Positions 50,431 to 63,697 of a stretch of 64,000 bases of DNA are shown here, piece after piece. The stretch is from Octopus sinensis. Lineage: Eukaryota. Numbering within the stretch: position 1 is the first letter of the stretch; every line of letters begins with the position of its first letter. Made by a program: the position numbers and the translations under genes. The DNA lies in contig NC_043025.1 of NCBI RefSeq assembly GCF_006345805.1, positions 7,502,001 through 7,566,000 on the forward strand, given 5' to 3'. The notes beneath the pieces are model-generated. The model did no database searches. It was given only the letters and a program-made list of their open reading frames with translations, and was not told where the DNA came from.

Positions 50431-50974
50431 TTTAGTAAGTAGTAAGTCATTATATCAATGCTATTATCTTGTGCATGTATTAGACTTAGCATGTCTACAA
50501 TATATATATCTAATAATTATATAGATAATCAAAGCAATTAAGATTAGTACTTCCAATGAATTTACTTGAATGTGTACTTAACTTAGACGCACCAGAAAAC
50601 TATATGGTTTATCCATACAGTAATTTATATGCCTCTAATGGAACTATCTCCAATATCTCATGAGTATAGCCTCACCCACTAGATGTCTAGAGAACTCAAA
50701 TGCATTTTTGCTGATGCATACGGGACACTTTTATCTGCTGCAATTTTTGCAACTTGTCATAAAGCCTGTCTTTGTATGAAACATTGTACTAAAAACCATC
50801 CATTCTTGTTGCTTCTTTCTCGTATATATATATATATAATATATATATATATATGTAAAAAGAGAGAGAGAGAATACTGATAGATATTGATAATAAAATA
50901 GATACAAGGCATTTAACATATATGTATATATATATATATATAATAATACATACATATATATATATATATATATA

Positions 50975-51210
50975 CGGAGTAAACACATAAATGTGAAACA
51001 ACGTGGAAAAATGAGTACTCAATACCAGGGGTAGAGTAATATGCTTTATTTAAAAGCAGCAGAAATTCAACAAAACCTGTTACTCTGAGTTTCACGTTCC
51101 CGTTCGTCGGACAGTTTTTGCTATTTTAACAAAAACTGTCCAACACACGGGAATGTGAAACTCTGAGTAACAGGTTTTGTTGAACTTCTCCTGCTTTTAA
51201 ATAAAGTATA
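50975..51210. mobile_element. Penelope-like relic with inverted terminal duplication
   Basis: 51040-51120 mirrored at 51130-51205; same family as 37080. Confidence 0.7.
51077..51114 (-). ncRNA. minimal type I hammerhead ribozyme, U4C core
   Basis: CTGT-CCGACGA-ACG GGAA CGT-GAA-ACTC A GAGT-A-ACAG; all three stems pair, GUA cleavage triplet. Confidence 0.8.
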
Positions 51211-51774
51211 TATATATATATACTCTTTACTTGTTTCTTGTTTCAGTCACGACTCTGACTCCAACTCCACAGCCCTGGTTTGTACGGCTGGATGCATTTC
51301 CCTGATGCCAACCACTCAACAGAGTGTACTGGGTGCTCTTGTGTGGCACCAGCACAAATGCTTTTCATGTAGTGCCTGCAGGGAGCTTATCCCGTGGCAC
51401 AGCAGCATGTAGCGCTTACCAAATTCACTTGCAAGGGATTAGTTGATCTATGGATATAATAGAAGACACTTGCAGAACCTACTGCACAGTGGGATTGAAC
51501 CTGGAACCACATGGTTGAAATGCAACCTTCTTAGCTACACAGTCACATCTGTTCCTATATGTCGACATTTCTTTCTAACCATTGCTGAGATAATTGCCAA
51601 TAAAATCGTTAGTCTAACACATATTTTAGTGGAAATTAAGTGGATTTTTACTGTCATTGTTAATTAGCTTCGCTTGTTTGTTTAGTTATCATTGTTGTTA
51701 ATTATTCAAATTCAGACCAACCTTAAATGGCATGGCAGACCTCATTCAAACGCAATTACTGAAATTAGTATACT

Positions 51775-52024
51775 CTCTCTTTTACTCTCTTACTTGTTTC
51801 AGTCATTTGACTGCGGCCATGCTGGAGCACTGCCTTTAGTCGAGCAAATCGACCCCGGGACTTATTCTTTTGTAAGCCCAGTACTTATTCTATCGATCTC
51901 TTTTGCTGAACCGCTAAGTGACGGGGACGTAAACACACCAGCATCGGTTGTCAAGCAATGCTTGGGGGACAAACACAAACACACAAACATATACACAACA
52001 CATATATATATATATATATGTATG

Positions 52025-52082
<58 letters not shown>

Positions 52083-52246
52083 CGATGGGCTTTCTTTCAG
52101 TTTCCGTCTACCAAATCCACTCACGAGGCATTGGTTGGCCCGAGGCTATAGCAGAAGACACTTGCACAAGGTACCCACCAGTGGGACTGAACCCGGAACC
52201 ATGTGGTTGGTAAGCAAGCTACTTACCACACAGCCACTCCTGCGCC
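51775..52246 (-). mobile_element. SINE family A
   Basis: Full-length match. Confidence 0.9.
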
Positions 52247-53164
52247 TATGTTTTTTTTTTTAAATTTCATGTTTTGTCATTTAGCAATGTTTGCTCTACA
52301 TGTTGTAATTTTTAGCAGTTGTAATGTTCATCATCATCATCATCATCATCACCATTATTGTTGTCGTTGTCATCATAGTTCAGCCAACCCTATTACGAAT
52401 TTTTAGCTTGGCATTGTCGTCATCACCATCATTGTCATCACAACCAGTGCTGTTCTGACAATACCGCGGTGCCCCAAGTAGGGCGTCTCTAACTATCTCC
52501 TCCTTACTTCTTTGTCCAGCACTGTGAACTCTTCTTTCTCTTTCTATCCCTAATGGTGTCCGATGCTTTTGGAACATAATCTTTTACATGTTTCAATCTA
52601 TGATGGGATTCCACACAGTTTCCTTCTACCAAATTCACTCACAAAGCATTGGTCAGCCCAGTGCTGTAGTTATAGACACTTGCTCAAGGTCCTGTGCAGT
52701 GGGACTGAACCTGAAGCCACATGGTTTGCAAAGCAAGCTTCTATAAGCAAAATTTCAAACAGATCATGACACAAAAAACTGCCTGAAGGCCACTGACTGC
52801 TCAAAAGCCCACAGATATATTAAATTTGATAAAGGTTTTAGTAAAGATCCAAGACTCACAAAGGGGAAGCATTTCAGGTTCGTAGTTACAGGGCCCTCCT
52901 ACTGCATTAGGAAGGGCATCCAGCTGTAGGAACCATGCCAAAGCAGACAATGGTACCTAGTTCAGCTCTCCAGCTTGACTAGCTCCTATGAAACCATCAT
53001 GGAAGAGGGACATTAAATGATGATGATTTGGTGTGTGTATATAGCAGGCACATGCCGTCAGTAATTACTCAGGATAGGCAGTTGGGGACCTTCATGTAGT
53101 AAAGGATCATCAAAAGATTTGTCAGTAGATAAAAGGATATAAAGATATAAAGATGGTCAATATA

Positions 53165-53570
53165 GGCGCAGGAGTGACTGTGTGGTAAGTAGCTTGTTTA
53201 CCAACCACATGGTTCTGGGTTCAGTCCCACTGCGTGGCACCTTGGGAAAGTGTCTTCTACTATGGCCTCAGGCCGACCAAATCCTTGTGAGTGGATTTGG
53301 CAGACGGAAACTTAAAGAAGCCCATCGTATATATATATATATATATATATCGTGTGTGTGTCTGTGTTTGTGCCCCACAACATCGCTTGACAACTGATGC
53401 TGGTGTGTTTGTGTCTCCGATACTTAGCAGTTCGGCAAAAGAGACCGATAGAATAAGTACTGGGCTTACAAAAAAGAATAAGTCCCGGGGTCGAGTTGCT
53501 CGACTAAAAAAGGCGGTGCTTCAGCATGGCTGCAGTCAAATTACTGAAACAAGTAAAAGAGTAAAGAGTA
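53165..53570 (+). mobile_element. SINE family A
   Basis: Full-length match. Confidence 0.9.
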
Positions 53571-53984
53571 ATAGCCAACTCCTTAAGCTAAACGTTACCT
53601 GCCTTGTCAGTTCTCATGTTTTGTGAAGTTTTAATGTCTACCTTTGTTTATATTCTATAGCCATTGTAAAATTTGATAAGCAAGCAGAGCAGTACTTTAT
53701 GTGTGTGTGTGTGTTCTAATTCACCTGTCAGTATTTTATCTCTCCAATAGATTTGCATTCATGTCGCAAGCCCTTAACTTCTTAGTATGAATGTAATGTT
53801 GTGTGTTGAGTTATTGTTCAGTCTAATTGCGTCATATCTTGTTTACGTTACTAAAAGGACACTGAATAAGCAGAAAATGTCGGTAGACCTACACAAGTGG
53901 CTCTTTGACTTTTGTTGGGGGTTGACAAAAAGCCCCCTCTACCTTCCTGCTGGAGTGTGTATGTGTGTGTATGGTGCGGTTACT

Positions 53985-54390
53985 CTTACTCTTTACTCTT
54001 TTACTTGTTTCAGTCTTTTGACTGCGGCCATGAGGAGCACCGCCTTTAATCGAGCAACTCGACCCTGGGACTTATTCTTTTGTAAGCCCAGTACTTATTC
54101 TATCAGTCCCTTTTGCTGAACCGTTAAGTAACGGGGATATAAACACTAGCACGATTGTCAAGCATGCTAGGGGGACAAACACGACACACAAACATACACA
54201 CGCATATACATATATATATATATATATACGACGGGCTTCTTCAGTTTCTTCCGTCTACCAAATCCACTCACAAGGCTTTGGTTGGCTTGAGGCTAAGTAG
54301 AAGACACTTGCCCAAGGTGCCACGCAGTGGGACTGAACCAGAACCATGTGGTTGGTAAACAAGCTACTTACCACACAGCCACTCCTGCGC
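53985..54390 (-). mobile_element. SINE family A
   Basis: Full-length match. Confidence 0.9.
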
Positions 54391-54953
54391 CTTAGTCTCA
54401 TTCAGATTAAAAACCTCCATCGTCGTCGTCGTTGTCATCATAATTGTGATCATTTGATGCTCATTCTCGATGCTTGCATGAGTCAGACGGAGTTTCTTTG
54501 AGGTAGATTTTCTATAGCTGGATGCCCTCCCTGTCACCAACTCTCGTCGGTTTTCCCAAGCATGCTAATATTTTGCCATGCCCTGCCCTGACATGTTTTT
54601 TAATGGAAGACCAGAAAATGAACAACCTCGCTTGTATGATAGTGATGTCAAGCCAGAGACACAAACACACACACATACATCCACATATATATAATTATGT
54701 TTGTTTTTACGTCTAGGCGCAGGAGTGGCTGTGTGGTAAGTAAGTTGTTTACCAACCACATGGTTCTGGGTTCAGTCCCACTGCGTGGCACCTTGGGCAA
54801 GTGTCTTCTACTATAGCCTCGGGCCGACCAAAGCCTTGTGAGTGGATTTGGTAGACGGAAACTGAAAGAAGCCCGTCGTATATATGTATATTTATATGAG
54901 GTTGGCGATTTTTTTCCTCTGTCTTCTCGTCTCTGGATCTTTCCTTCTCCTAT

Positions 54954-54988
54954 GTTTCCGATGAAGAGCTCCGCTCGAAACGTTAAAC
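54954..54988 (+). ncRNA. minimal type I hammerhead, family P1 (element about 54901-55090)
   Basis: GTTT-CCGATGA-A-GAGC TCC GCTC-GAA-ACGT-T-AAAC; palindromic stem III. Confidence 0.72.
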
Positions 54989-55087
54989 CCTCCTTCTTTC
55001 CTTCTTTCCTGAGCGTCCAATAATACTATATTTGTTCCACGGCCTCGCGTTGTGTGTTTTCTCTTTGTATTTTCTTGTTTGGATTTA

Positions 55088-55137
<50 letters not shown>

Positions 55138-55149
55138 CATATATATATG

Positions 55150-55200
<51 letters not shown>

Positions 55201-55221
55201 ACATATATAATATATATATAT

Positions 55222-55460
55222 TATCATCATCATCATCATCATATGTCCGTTTTCCGCGCTAGCACGGGTTGGACGGTTTCGACCGGGGTCTGGGGAGCTA
55301 GGGACTGCCCCAGGCTCCAGTCTAGTCTGGCAGTGTTTCTACAGCTGGATGCTCTTCCTAACGCCAACCACTCCGCGAGTGTGTAGTGGGTGTTTTTATG
55401 TGCCACCTGCACAGGTGCCAGAGGGGTCTGGCATCGGCCACGTTCGGATGGTGCTTTTTA
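55222..55460 (-). mobile_element. family C retroposon 3' part
   Basis: (CAT)n end and CTGGATGC..TTCCTAACGCC motif. Confidence 0.8.
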
Positions 55461-57001
55461 TATATATTATATATATATATATATGCGTGTGTGTGCTTGT
55501 GTGTCTGTGTTTGACCCCCTAGCATTGCTTGACAACCGATGCTGGTGTGTTTACGTCCCCGTTACTTAGCGGTTCGGCAAAAGAGACCGATAGAATAAGT
55601 ACTGGGCTTACAAAAAGAATAAGTCCCGGGGTCGAGTTGCTCGATTGAAGGCGGTGCTCCAGCATGGCCGCAGTCAAATGACTGAAACAAGTGAAAGAGT
55701 AAAGAGAAAGAGTTATACATAAAGTCAGTTTAATATTGAATTGAAGGATTACTCAGGACATTTTCGTTGAGTGGAATCTGATGAAGGCGAATGAGCAAGA
55801 CAAAGGTTCAAATTCATTGTCAGCCTTCTCCTGGTAACATTTTAATGAACAATTCATATGCAAGCATGGCTCTGTGATAAGAAGTTTGCTTCCCAACCAT
55901 ATGGTCTTGGGTTCAGTCCCACTGTGTGGCACTTTGGGCAAGTGTCGTCTACTTATCTCTGCCTCGGATCGACCAAAATCTTGTGAGGGGATTTCATAGA
56001 TGGAAACTGAGAGAAGCCTATCGTGTGTGTGTGTCTTTGAGTCTGCGTATGTCCACCACCACTGCTTCACACACAGCATTGGTTTATTTATGTCCCTGTA
56101 ACTTAGTGGCTTGGCAAAAAGAGGCTGATAGAATTAATACCAGGCTTAAAAGAATAAGTACTAGTGTGTATCCATATACACATCCCCCCCCACACACACC
56201 ACACTATGGGCTTCTATACAGTTTCTGTCTAACAAATTCGCTCTCAAGATATTGGCTGACCTGTGGCTATAGTAGAAGACACTTGACCAAGATGCTGTTC
56301 AGTGAGATTGAACCTAAAACCACATGCTTGCAAAGTAAGCTTCTTAACCACACACCCTTCCCTTTGTACATATATGAACAATGGGCTTCCACACAGTTTC
56401 CATCAACCAAACAAATTCACTCACAAGGCGCTGATCAGCCTGGGGTTATGGCTGGAGACGCTGGCCCAAAGTTCCACACAGTGGGACTGAATCCTAAACC
56501 CCTAATTTACAACTTCTCAACCGTACACCCATTCATGCTTTGTATACTGAATATCCTTCAAGGCATTAGAACATTTGCGTGTGCTTTGAAAGGGATTTGA
56601 CTGTTGTTTCTAGCTGGCCGCGCAACGACTGTAGAGACACCCTCCCTTGCTTGAAGTTAGCTCTGTGCATGTGTATGAATGTGGGAGGAGGTAGTGAGAA
56701 ATGTTAAATACCAATATCATGTTTATATGCGTTGGTATGTTAGTAGATTGGTGCATTAGCTCAACCTGTAGATTGTAGGATTAAATATCTGAGTGTTTCA
56801 TTTCATTTCACTGTCTTCTCTTCACTTTTTGTTTTGGAGGTATGAGTTTTCTTCAACTATCAACAACAGGATGCATCAGCCAACATGGTTTGACCTTGAG
56901 CAAATGCCTTTCTTGTTTTGTTGTTTTTTTTAATCATTTACATAAGAAATGCTCAATTCCTCCGACATACACACACAGATATACACTCGTGTATATAAGG
57001 C

Positions 57002-58180
57002 AGTGAGCTGGCAGAAACGTTAGCACGCCGGGCGAAATGCGTAGCTGTATTTCGTCTGCCGTTACGTTCTGAGTTCAAATTCCGCTGAGGTTGACTTTGC
57101 TTTCATCCTTTCGGGGTCGATAAATAATGTATCAGTTACGCACTGGGGTCGATGTAATTGACTTAATCCTTTTGTCTGTCCTTGTTTGTCCTCTCTGTGT
57201 TTAGCCCCTTGTAGGTAGTAAAGAAATAGGTATTTCGTCTGCCGTTATGTTCTGAGTTCAAATTCCACTGAGGTTGACTTTGCCTTTCATCCTTTCAGGG
57301 TGGATTAAATAAGTCCCAGCTACACACTGGAGTCAATATAATCGACTTAATCCATTTGTCTGTCCTTGTTTGTCCCCTCTGTGTTTAGCCCCTTGTGGAT
57401 AGTAAAGAAATAGGTATTTCGTCTGCCGTTATGTTCTGAGTTCAAATTCCGCTGAGGTCGACTTTGCCTTTCATCCTTTTGTAGTCGATTAAATAAGTAC
57501 CAGCTACTCACTGGGGTCAATATAATCGACTTAATCCCTTTGTCTGTCCTTGTTTGTCCTCTCTGTGTTTAGCCTCTTGTGGATAGTAAAGAAATAGGTA
57601 TTTCGTCTGCCGTTACGTTCTGAGTTCAAATTCCGCTGAGGTCGACTTTGCCTTTCATCCTTTTGGGGTCGATTAAATAAGTACCAGCTACACACTGGGG
57701 TCAATATAATCGACTTAATCTGTTTGTCTGTCCTTGTCTGTTCTCTCTGTGTTAAGCCCCTTGTGGATAGTAAAGAAATAGGTATTTCGTCTGCCGTTAC
57801 GTTCTGAGTTCAAACTCCGCTGAGGTCGACTTTGCCTTTCATCCTTTCGGTGTCGATTAAATAAGTACCAGCTACACACTGGGGTCAATATAATCGACTT
57901 AATCTGTTTGTCTGTCCTTGTTTGTTCTCTCTGTGTTAAGCCTCTTGTGGATAGTAAAGAAATAGGTATTTCGTCTGCCGTTACGTTCTGAGTTCAAATT
58001 CCACCTAGGTCAACTTTGCCTTTCATCCTTTTGGGATCGATTAAATAAATACCAGCTACACACTGTGGTCAATATAATCGACTTAATCCGTTTGTCTGTC
58101 CTTGTTTGTCCTCTCTGTGTTTAGCCCCTTCTGGATAGTAAAGAAATAGGTATTTCGTCTGCCGTTACGTTCTGAGTTCC
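57002..58180 (+). repeat. SINE family B head followed by six 184-bp body units and a stub
   Basis: GTATTTCGTCTGCC at 57047, 57230, 57414, 57598, 57782, 57966, 58150. Confidence 0.95.
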
Positions 58181-58484
58181 AGTAAATTTAGTACCAGTAA
58201 AACACTGGGTTCGATGTTAACCACACAACCAACATTTAATTGTTACAACACAATTATTTCTAGTTTTTAAAGAAATTTTATACTTTGTTTTTTTTAATGT
58301 TCTATGTATTAATTATGGTAACAATAATCCAACTCCCTTAAAAGCCAGTTTGTTTCCCATCATTGTCACCTCATCTTTATGTCTTTGTTTTTGTTGTTGA
58401 AAGATGTGAAGATGCCTTGCTAATTCCTAATGCTTTCTGGCTGTTTTCTGTTTCTGACAAAAGTTATACTTCTTATATTTATAG

Positions 58485-58547
58485 TGCCTTCACCAAGTTG
58501 GCAAATTAATTTTTCCGATTTTGTTGATGAATCATTTCGGAAGATGT
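58485..58547 (+). CDS. candidate 63-nt symmetric exon, product unknown
   Basis: TTCTTATATTTATAG acceptor, T|GTAAGT donor, reads VPSPSWQINFSDFVDESFRKM in unique sequence. Confidence 0.4.
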
Positions 58548-59695
58548 GTAAGTCTTCTCTGCTAAAACAAAGCAGAGAAAAAAAATCACAGCTAAACCCT
58601 CCTGTCCCATTGCAATCTTGTGCTTTTATATATACAAGGAAAACTGGTTTACTTCCGCACCAGAAAATTGGTTTGCAAGTGTTGAAAAGTTCACCTGGGA
58701 TTTGAAACAGATTTTAGTTTGTTTTTTCCATTTTATATATTTAAATTTTATTTTTTTATTACAATACCATACCGGTTTCAACGATTATATTATTTTTCAT
58801 AGTGGGCTTAAAAAACCAAAATCTTCAGTACGTTTCATGACAAAATTATGTGATGAAAATTCAAGTGTTTAATGAGTTTCACAGCAGTAAGAAAAAAAAA
58901 AACTGTTGTGTAGTATTTTAATGAATCCAAAAAATTTTAAAGAACTAAAATTTATTTTAAAACCTATTTTCAACCACCAACCAATTTTCTTGGTATGTAT
59001 ACATATGTATATATATATATTCCTTGGTCATTCCTTATTAAAGTTAGCTTCTTTTTGTGTCCCCTTCGAAATCTATTCTGTTATAGCAGCTAGTACCCTC
59101 ATACCTATATGTATGTATATATTCTCCTTGATTTAAATTAGTTTCTATGTGATGACTAGTTCCAAATCAATTATAGTGACTTGTATTGCCTATATATATA
59201 TACATACATACAAATAGATATAGATAGATAGTTCCTTTGTGAAATTCCTTCTTTCAATGGTGTTTGCACTGAGTGTTTTTTTAGATATATTTGTTGTTTA
59301 GCCCTCAAGTCTACCCTTGTTGAGTAAATCTATGATCAAACGGGCAACTGTCTATGTCTGATAACTGAGCTGGATTTGATGACAGTGGACAGTCATCCAC
59401 TATAGACCACTGAACCACAATAGCCCAGATGTTAGTGTAGTTCTGTTTACTCACTCTGCCTTCTACATATCCTTGCTATGAAACATGCACAAACACATGT
59501 ATTTAGAATTTTTAGCACTGTGTACTTTGCTTGAACCAGGTTGTTTGGAACAAAATAAATGGTGAATGTAATTTTTATGTGAACATTTCATGTTTTTCAA
59601 TCAAAGAGTTTTGTCCAGAGCATTATATTTTTCAGTATGTTCAGGGTGTCGTATATTATTTCATTGTTTGAACTAATTTGATATTTATTTGTAGA

Positions 59696-60096
59696 CTAGC
59701 AGTATCACCCGGCGTTGTTCGGGTTTGTAAGGGAAATAACTATATAAGCATTTTTAGAGAGTTATAGCCAAAAAATAGCAAAAAAATGCATTAAAAATGG
59801 GAAAAAAATGATGGTAAATTTTTTTTTAAATCGTTGACTCATCGTAGACATTTTTAGAGAGTTACTTCCCTTATATAATAGCGAAAAGATGCATTAAAAT
59901 GGAAAAAAATGATGGTAAATTTTTTTTTAAATAGTAGACTCATCATAGACGCGTGCTAATACCCAGAAGGGCTCGATATGAATCACAACTATAAGATACC
60001 CGGTTTTGGTTAAACTGCACCGCAAAATGTGGGAGTAGTTAGGAATCTAAATCGTAGGAGACAGACAGCACGCAACCTCACTTTTATATATAAAGA
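59696..60096 (-). mobile_element. non-autonomous Helitron
   Basis: TC start, CCCGAACAACGCCGGG hairpin, CTAG|T end on minus strand. Confidence 0.88.
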
Positions 60097-60309
60097 TATG
60101 TAACTGACATCTGTGTGTGTATGCATGTATATTTGCAACTACACACACATATTTGTATGTATACACATGCATATATATGTGTGTGTGTGTGTATTTATAT
60201 ATATATGTATGTATTTACATATGTATTTGCATATATATATGTGTGTGTGTGTGTGTGTGAGTGTGTGTATTTACATATATATTTGCATATATATATATAC
60301 ATATATTTC

Positions 60310-60535
60310 CATGCAGAAACGTTAGCACGCCGGGCGAAATGTGTAGCCGTATTTCATCTGCTGCTACATTCTGAGTTCAAATTCCGCCAAGGTCGACAGG
60401 TCGACTTTGCCTTTCATCCTCTCAGGGTCAATAAATAAAGTACCAGTTTCGCACTGGGTCGATGTACTCGACTTAATCCCTTGTCTGTCCTTGTTTGGCC
60501 CCTCTATGTTTAACCCCTTGTGGATAGTAAAGAAA
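60310..60535 (+). mobile_element. SINE family B
   Basis: Head, core and tail match. Confidence 0.85.
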
Positions 60536-60544
60536 TATATATAT

Positions 60545-60576
<32 letters not shown>

Positions 60577-60821
60577 ATATATATATATAGGTTATAAAAT
60601 GAGATAGGGGTTGAAAATTCAACCCACCATGGGATAATATATATCCAATATACTGCCAGATAGGTACCCAACAAGATTAATACATAGATGTTAAAAATTG
60701 TCAAACAATCAGTTCATCTATTGTATTATATGGGTAAAGGTAATAATATTACCGTAGGAACATATAATAACAAAGGGTAAAATTAATTAATTAAAAAGTA
60801 ATCAGTAATTTCACCAAGTAG

Positions 60822-60932
60822 TCACCACATACCGAAGTTTAGAAATAGCAGTCAAAAAATCTTAGATAGAAGGAAGTAGAAGGAATAGCTAAAATTTTTT
60901 GACTGCTATTTCTAAACTTTGGCATGTGGTGA
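60822..60932. repeat. inverted repeat, ~40-bp arms
   Basis: TCACCACATACCGAAGTTTAGAAATAGCAGTCAAAAAAT mirrored. Confidence 0.85.
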
Positions 60933-61285
60933 AGCAAATCTTTGCTGAACCCTAATTATAAAGTATATATATATATATATGCATTTACATATGTTTGCAT
61001 ATTTATAGATATATATTGATGTATATGAATGTATGTATGTATGGTGGTGTCACATAAAAAGCATCTGTACTGGTGCAAAGTGAAAAGCCTGCAGTCCACA
61101 CCGTAAAGTGGGTGGCATTTGGAAGAGCATCCACCCTTAGAAATCATACCAAAAGGGACAATTGTAACCTGGTGCAGCTCTCTGGCTTGCCAGTTCCTGC
61201 CTACCCATCCGATCCATGCCAGCCTGGAAAACATATGTTAAATGATGATGAGGATGATATACAGGGGAGCAAGAGATGCATTTTA

Positions 61286-61334
<49 letters not shown>

Positions 61335-61509
61335 ATGCACACACATGCCTGTATACATCATCATCATCATCATCATCATCATCTCTGTTTAACATCTGTT
61401 TCCATGCTGGCATGAATTAGTTTGACAGCAGCTGTACAGGCTTCATTTGTCTATTTTGGTTTGGCTTCAATGTCTGGGTGCCCTTCCTAATGGCAACCAC
61501 TTTACTGGG

Positions 61510-62112
61510 TTTCAAAATCTCTCGTGGAGGCGCCATCCAACCAAAATGCAAATATATGGGAAACTATCACCTGTGTCATCTCTTGTGAAAGGTAGGAGAG
61601 TCCAGTTTGCTGGACATTGTTGTAGAGCTGAAAACGAGGCAATTTCTACTCTTCTCCTCTGGAACCCATCTACTCGCGATACCAGAGGACGCACACTCTC
61701 CTACCCTGATGTAATCTTCTGGGATACAGGCATCCAGCAACAGGACCTCCGTAATGCTATGATGGACCGTGAAGTCTGGCGTAGCATGGTAAATTCCATT
61801 GTCTCGACCACGGTTGCAATACCAGAGGGCGCACACTCTCCTACCCTGATGTAATCTCCAGGGATACAGGCATCCAGCAACAGGACCTCCGTAATGCCAT
61901 GATGGACTGTGAGGTCTTGTGTAGCATGGTAAATTCCATTGTCTCGACCACGGTTGCAATACCAGAGGACGCACACTCTCCTACCCTGATGTAATCTCCA
62001 GGGATACAGGCATCCAGCAACAGGACCTCCGTAATGCTATGATGGACCGTGAAGGCTGGCGTAGCATGGTAAATTCCATTGTCTCAACCACGGTCGAACA
62101 ATGATGATGATG
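61510..62112 (+). pseudogene. RTE-clade LINE 3' fragment with terminal 140 bp triplicated
   Basis: Same family as 7822; ATACCAGAGG at 61679, 61819, 61959; one (TGA)n tail. Confidence 0.9.
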
Positions 62113-62700
62113 ACTGGGTTTCATGCCTTGTTGTATCTTCCAAGCAATGCCACCCTGCTAGCTGAGCAAGCAGGCCAATACTTTCATACACATATGCATA
62201 TATGTATATAGATATGTTTCGAGATTAAATGTCTGACAGTAGCTACTGTTAATACGATTATAATTTTTCAGTCTATTAACCTCAGTATTAAAGATGAACT
62301 ACCTTATTTAATATATTTACACTGTGTTTTAATTGGTTTAATTTCTGACCATCAATAGATGTCTTATTCCATTATACACACTTACTACCAGACAAATATT
62401 ATGTACATGCCTTTATTTGTAGATGCTTTTAGCCAGTAGGTCACTGGTGCACTTAGAAAGACTGCTTGTTCATATGCATTCTGGTATTATGTATATACAT
62501 AGAAATAATCTGGTGTTTTTAGATGTATGTATATGTGTATAATATATATACATATATATATATATATTGTTGTGTCTAGGGAAAGTCATTATGTCAATAT
62601 TATTAGTGCACACACTGGTTCAACTCCACTCCTTTATTATTAGTCAGTTGGTTAAATATCCAAATCCAATAGCTGATTGTTTGATAATTATATATATATA

Positions 62701-62998
62701 TCTTTATATATAAAACTAAAGTTGTGTGTGTCTGTCTCCTCCGATTTAGATTCCTAACTACTCCCACTTTTGCGGTGCAGTTTAACCAAAAGCGGGTATC
62801 TTATAGTCGTGATTCATATCGAGCCCTTCTGGGTATTAGCACGCATCTACAATGAGACTATGATTTTAAAAAAAATTTACCATCATTTTTCCGCATTTTT
62901 AATGATTTTTGCTTGGGTTATATAAGGGAAGTAACTCTAAAAATGCTTATATAGTTATTTCCCTTACAAACCCGAGCAACGCCGGGCGATACTGCTAG
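62701..62998 (+). mobile_element. non-autonomous Helitron, same family as 59696
   Basis: A|TC start, hairpin, CTAG|T end. Confidence 0.88.
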
Positions 62999-63697
62999 TA
63001 TATATATATATATAGTTCAAATTTATAGATAGGTGTAGGGACAACAAGCAAGTGTATTAGTTTGACGCTTGGGGAAAATGGAAAAGTCTTTACGTTTTGA
63101 GCCTATGCTCTTTGACAGAAAGGAATACATGTTTCGGTCATCAAACTGGGCCATGCTGGGGCAATAGTTATTTTTTATGGACTGCAATACTTATTTTTTA
63201 AGTAGTGGCATCTATTGTATCAGTGTCTTTGGTTGAAGCACTAAGTTGCAGGGATGTAGTCAAACCAACATCACTTGTCAAGTGATGGGGGTGGGTACAG
63301 TCACATGCAAAAAGACATACACATAAACACACATGTACAAGTATGCATGCATGCACACATGCACAATGAGCTTCCATGCAGTTTCCGTCTATTGAATTCA
63401 TTTACAAGATTTTGGTTGGCCTGGGGTTGTACTAGATTAATGCATACTAAGACAATGGGAACACAACATTGAAATGAAAAGATTAAGTACAAAATGTTTA
63501 CTACAAGTCCCTATTCAAATAAACATAACAAACATAGACATCCCCTCATCAGCTGCCTATGAGAAATCCTTATGGTTTCGACACCTGGCTTTTTGATTGC
63601 ACACATGTTTAGTATGGTATGGTGATAAAGTTATTACTACAGAGATGCTTCTATTGCATGATCCGAATTCTGTATGTGTTTTTATATGTATATAGTA

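Noticed and set aside
50683-50880. 65-aa ORF in non-repeat sequence
   Set aside because: No recognisable motif or convincing splice sites; ends in a microsatellite
59332-59413. C/D snoRNA-like box arrangement
   Set aside because: C box comes from a dispersed repeat and the rest reads as a decayed SINE head on the minus strand
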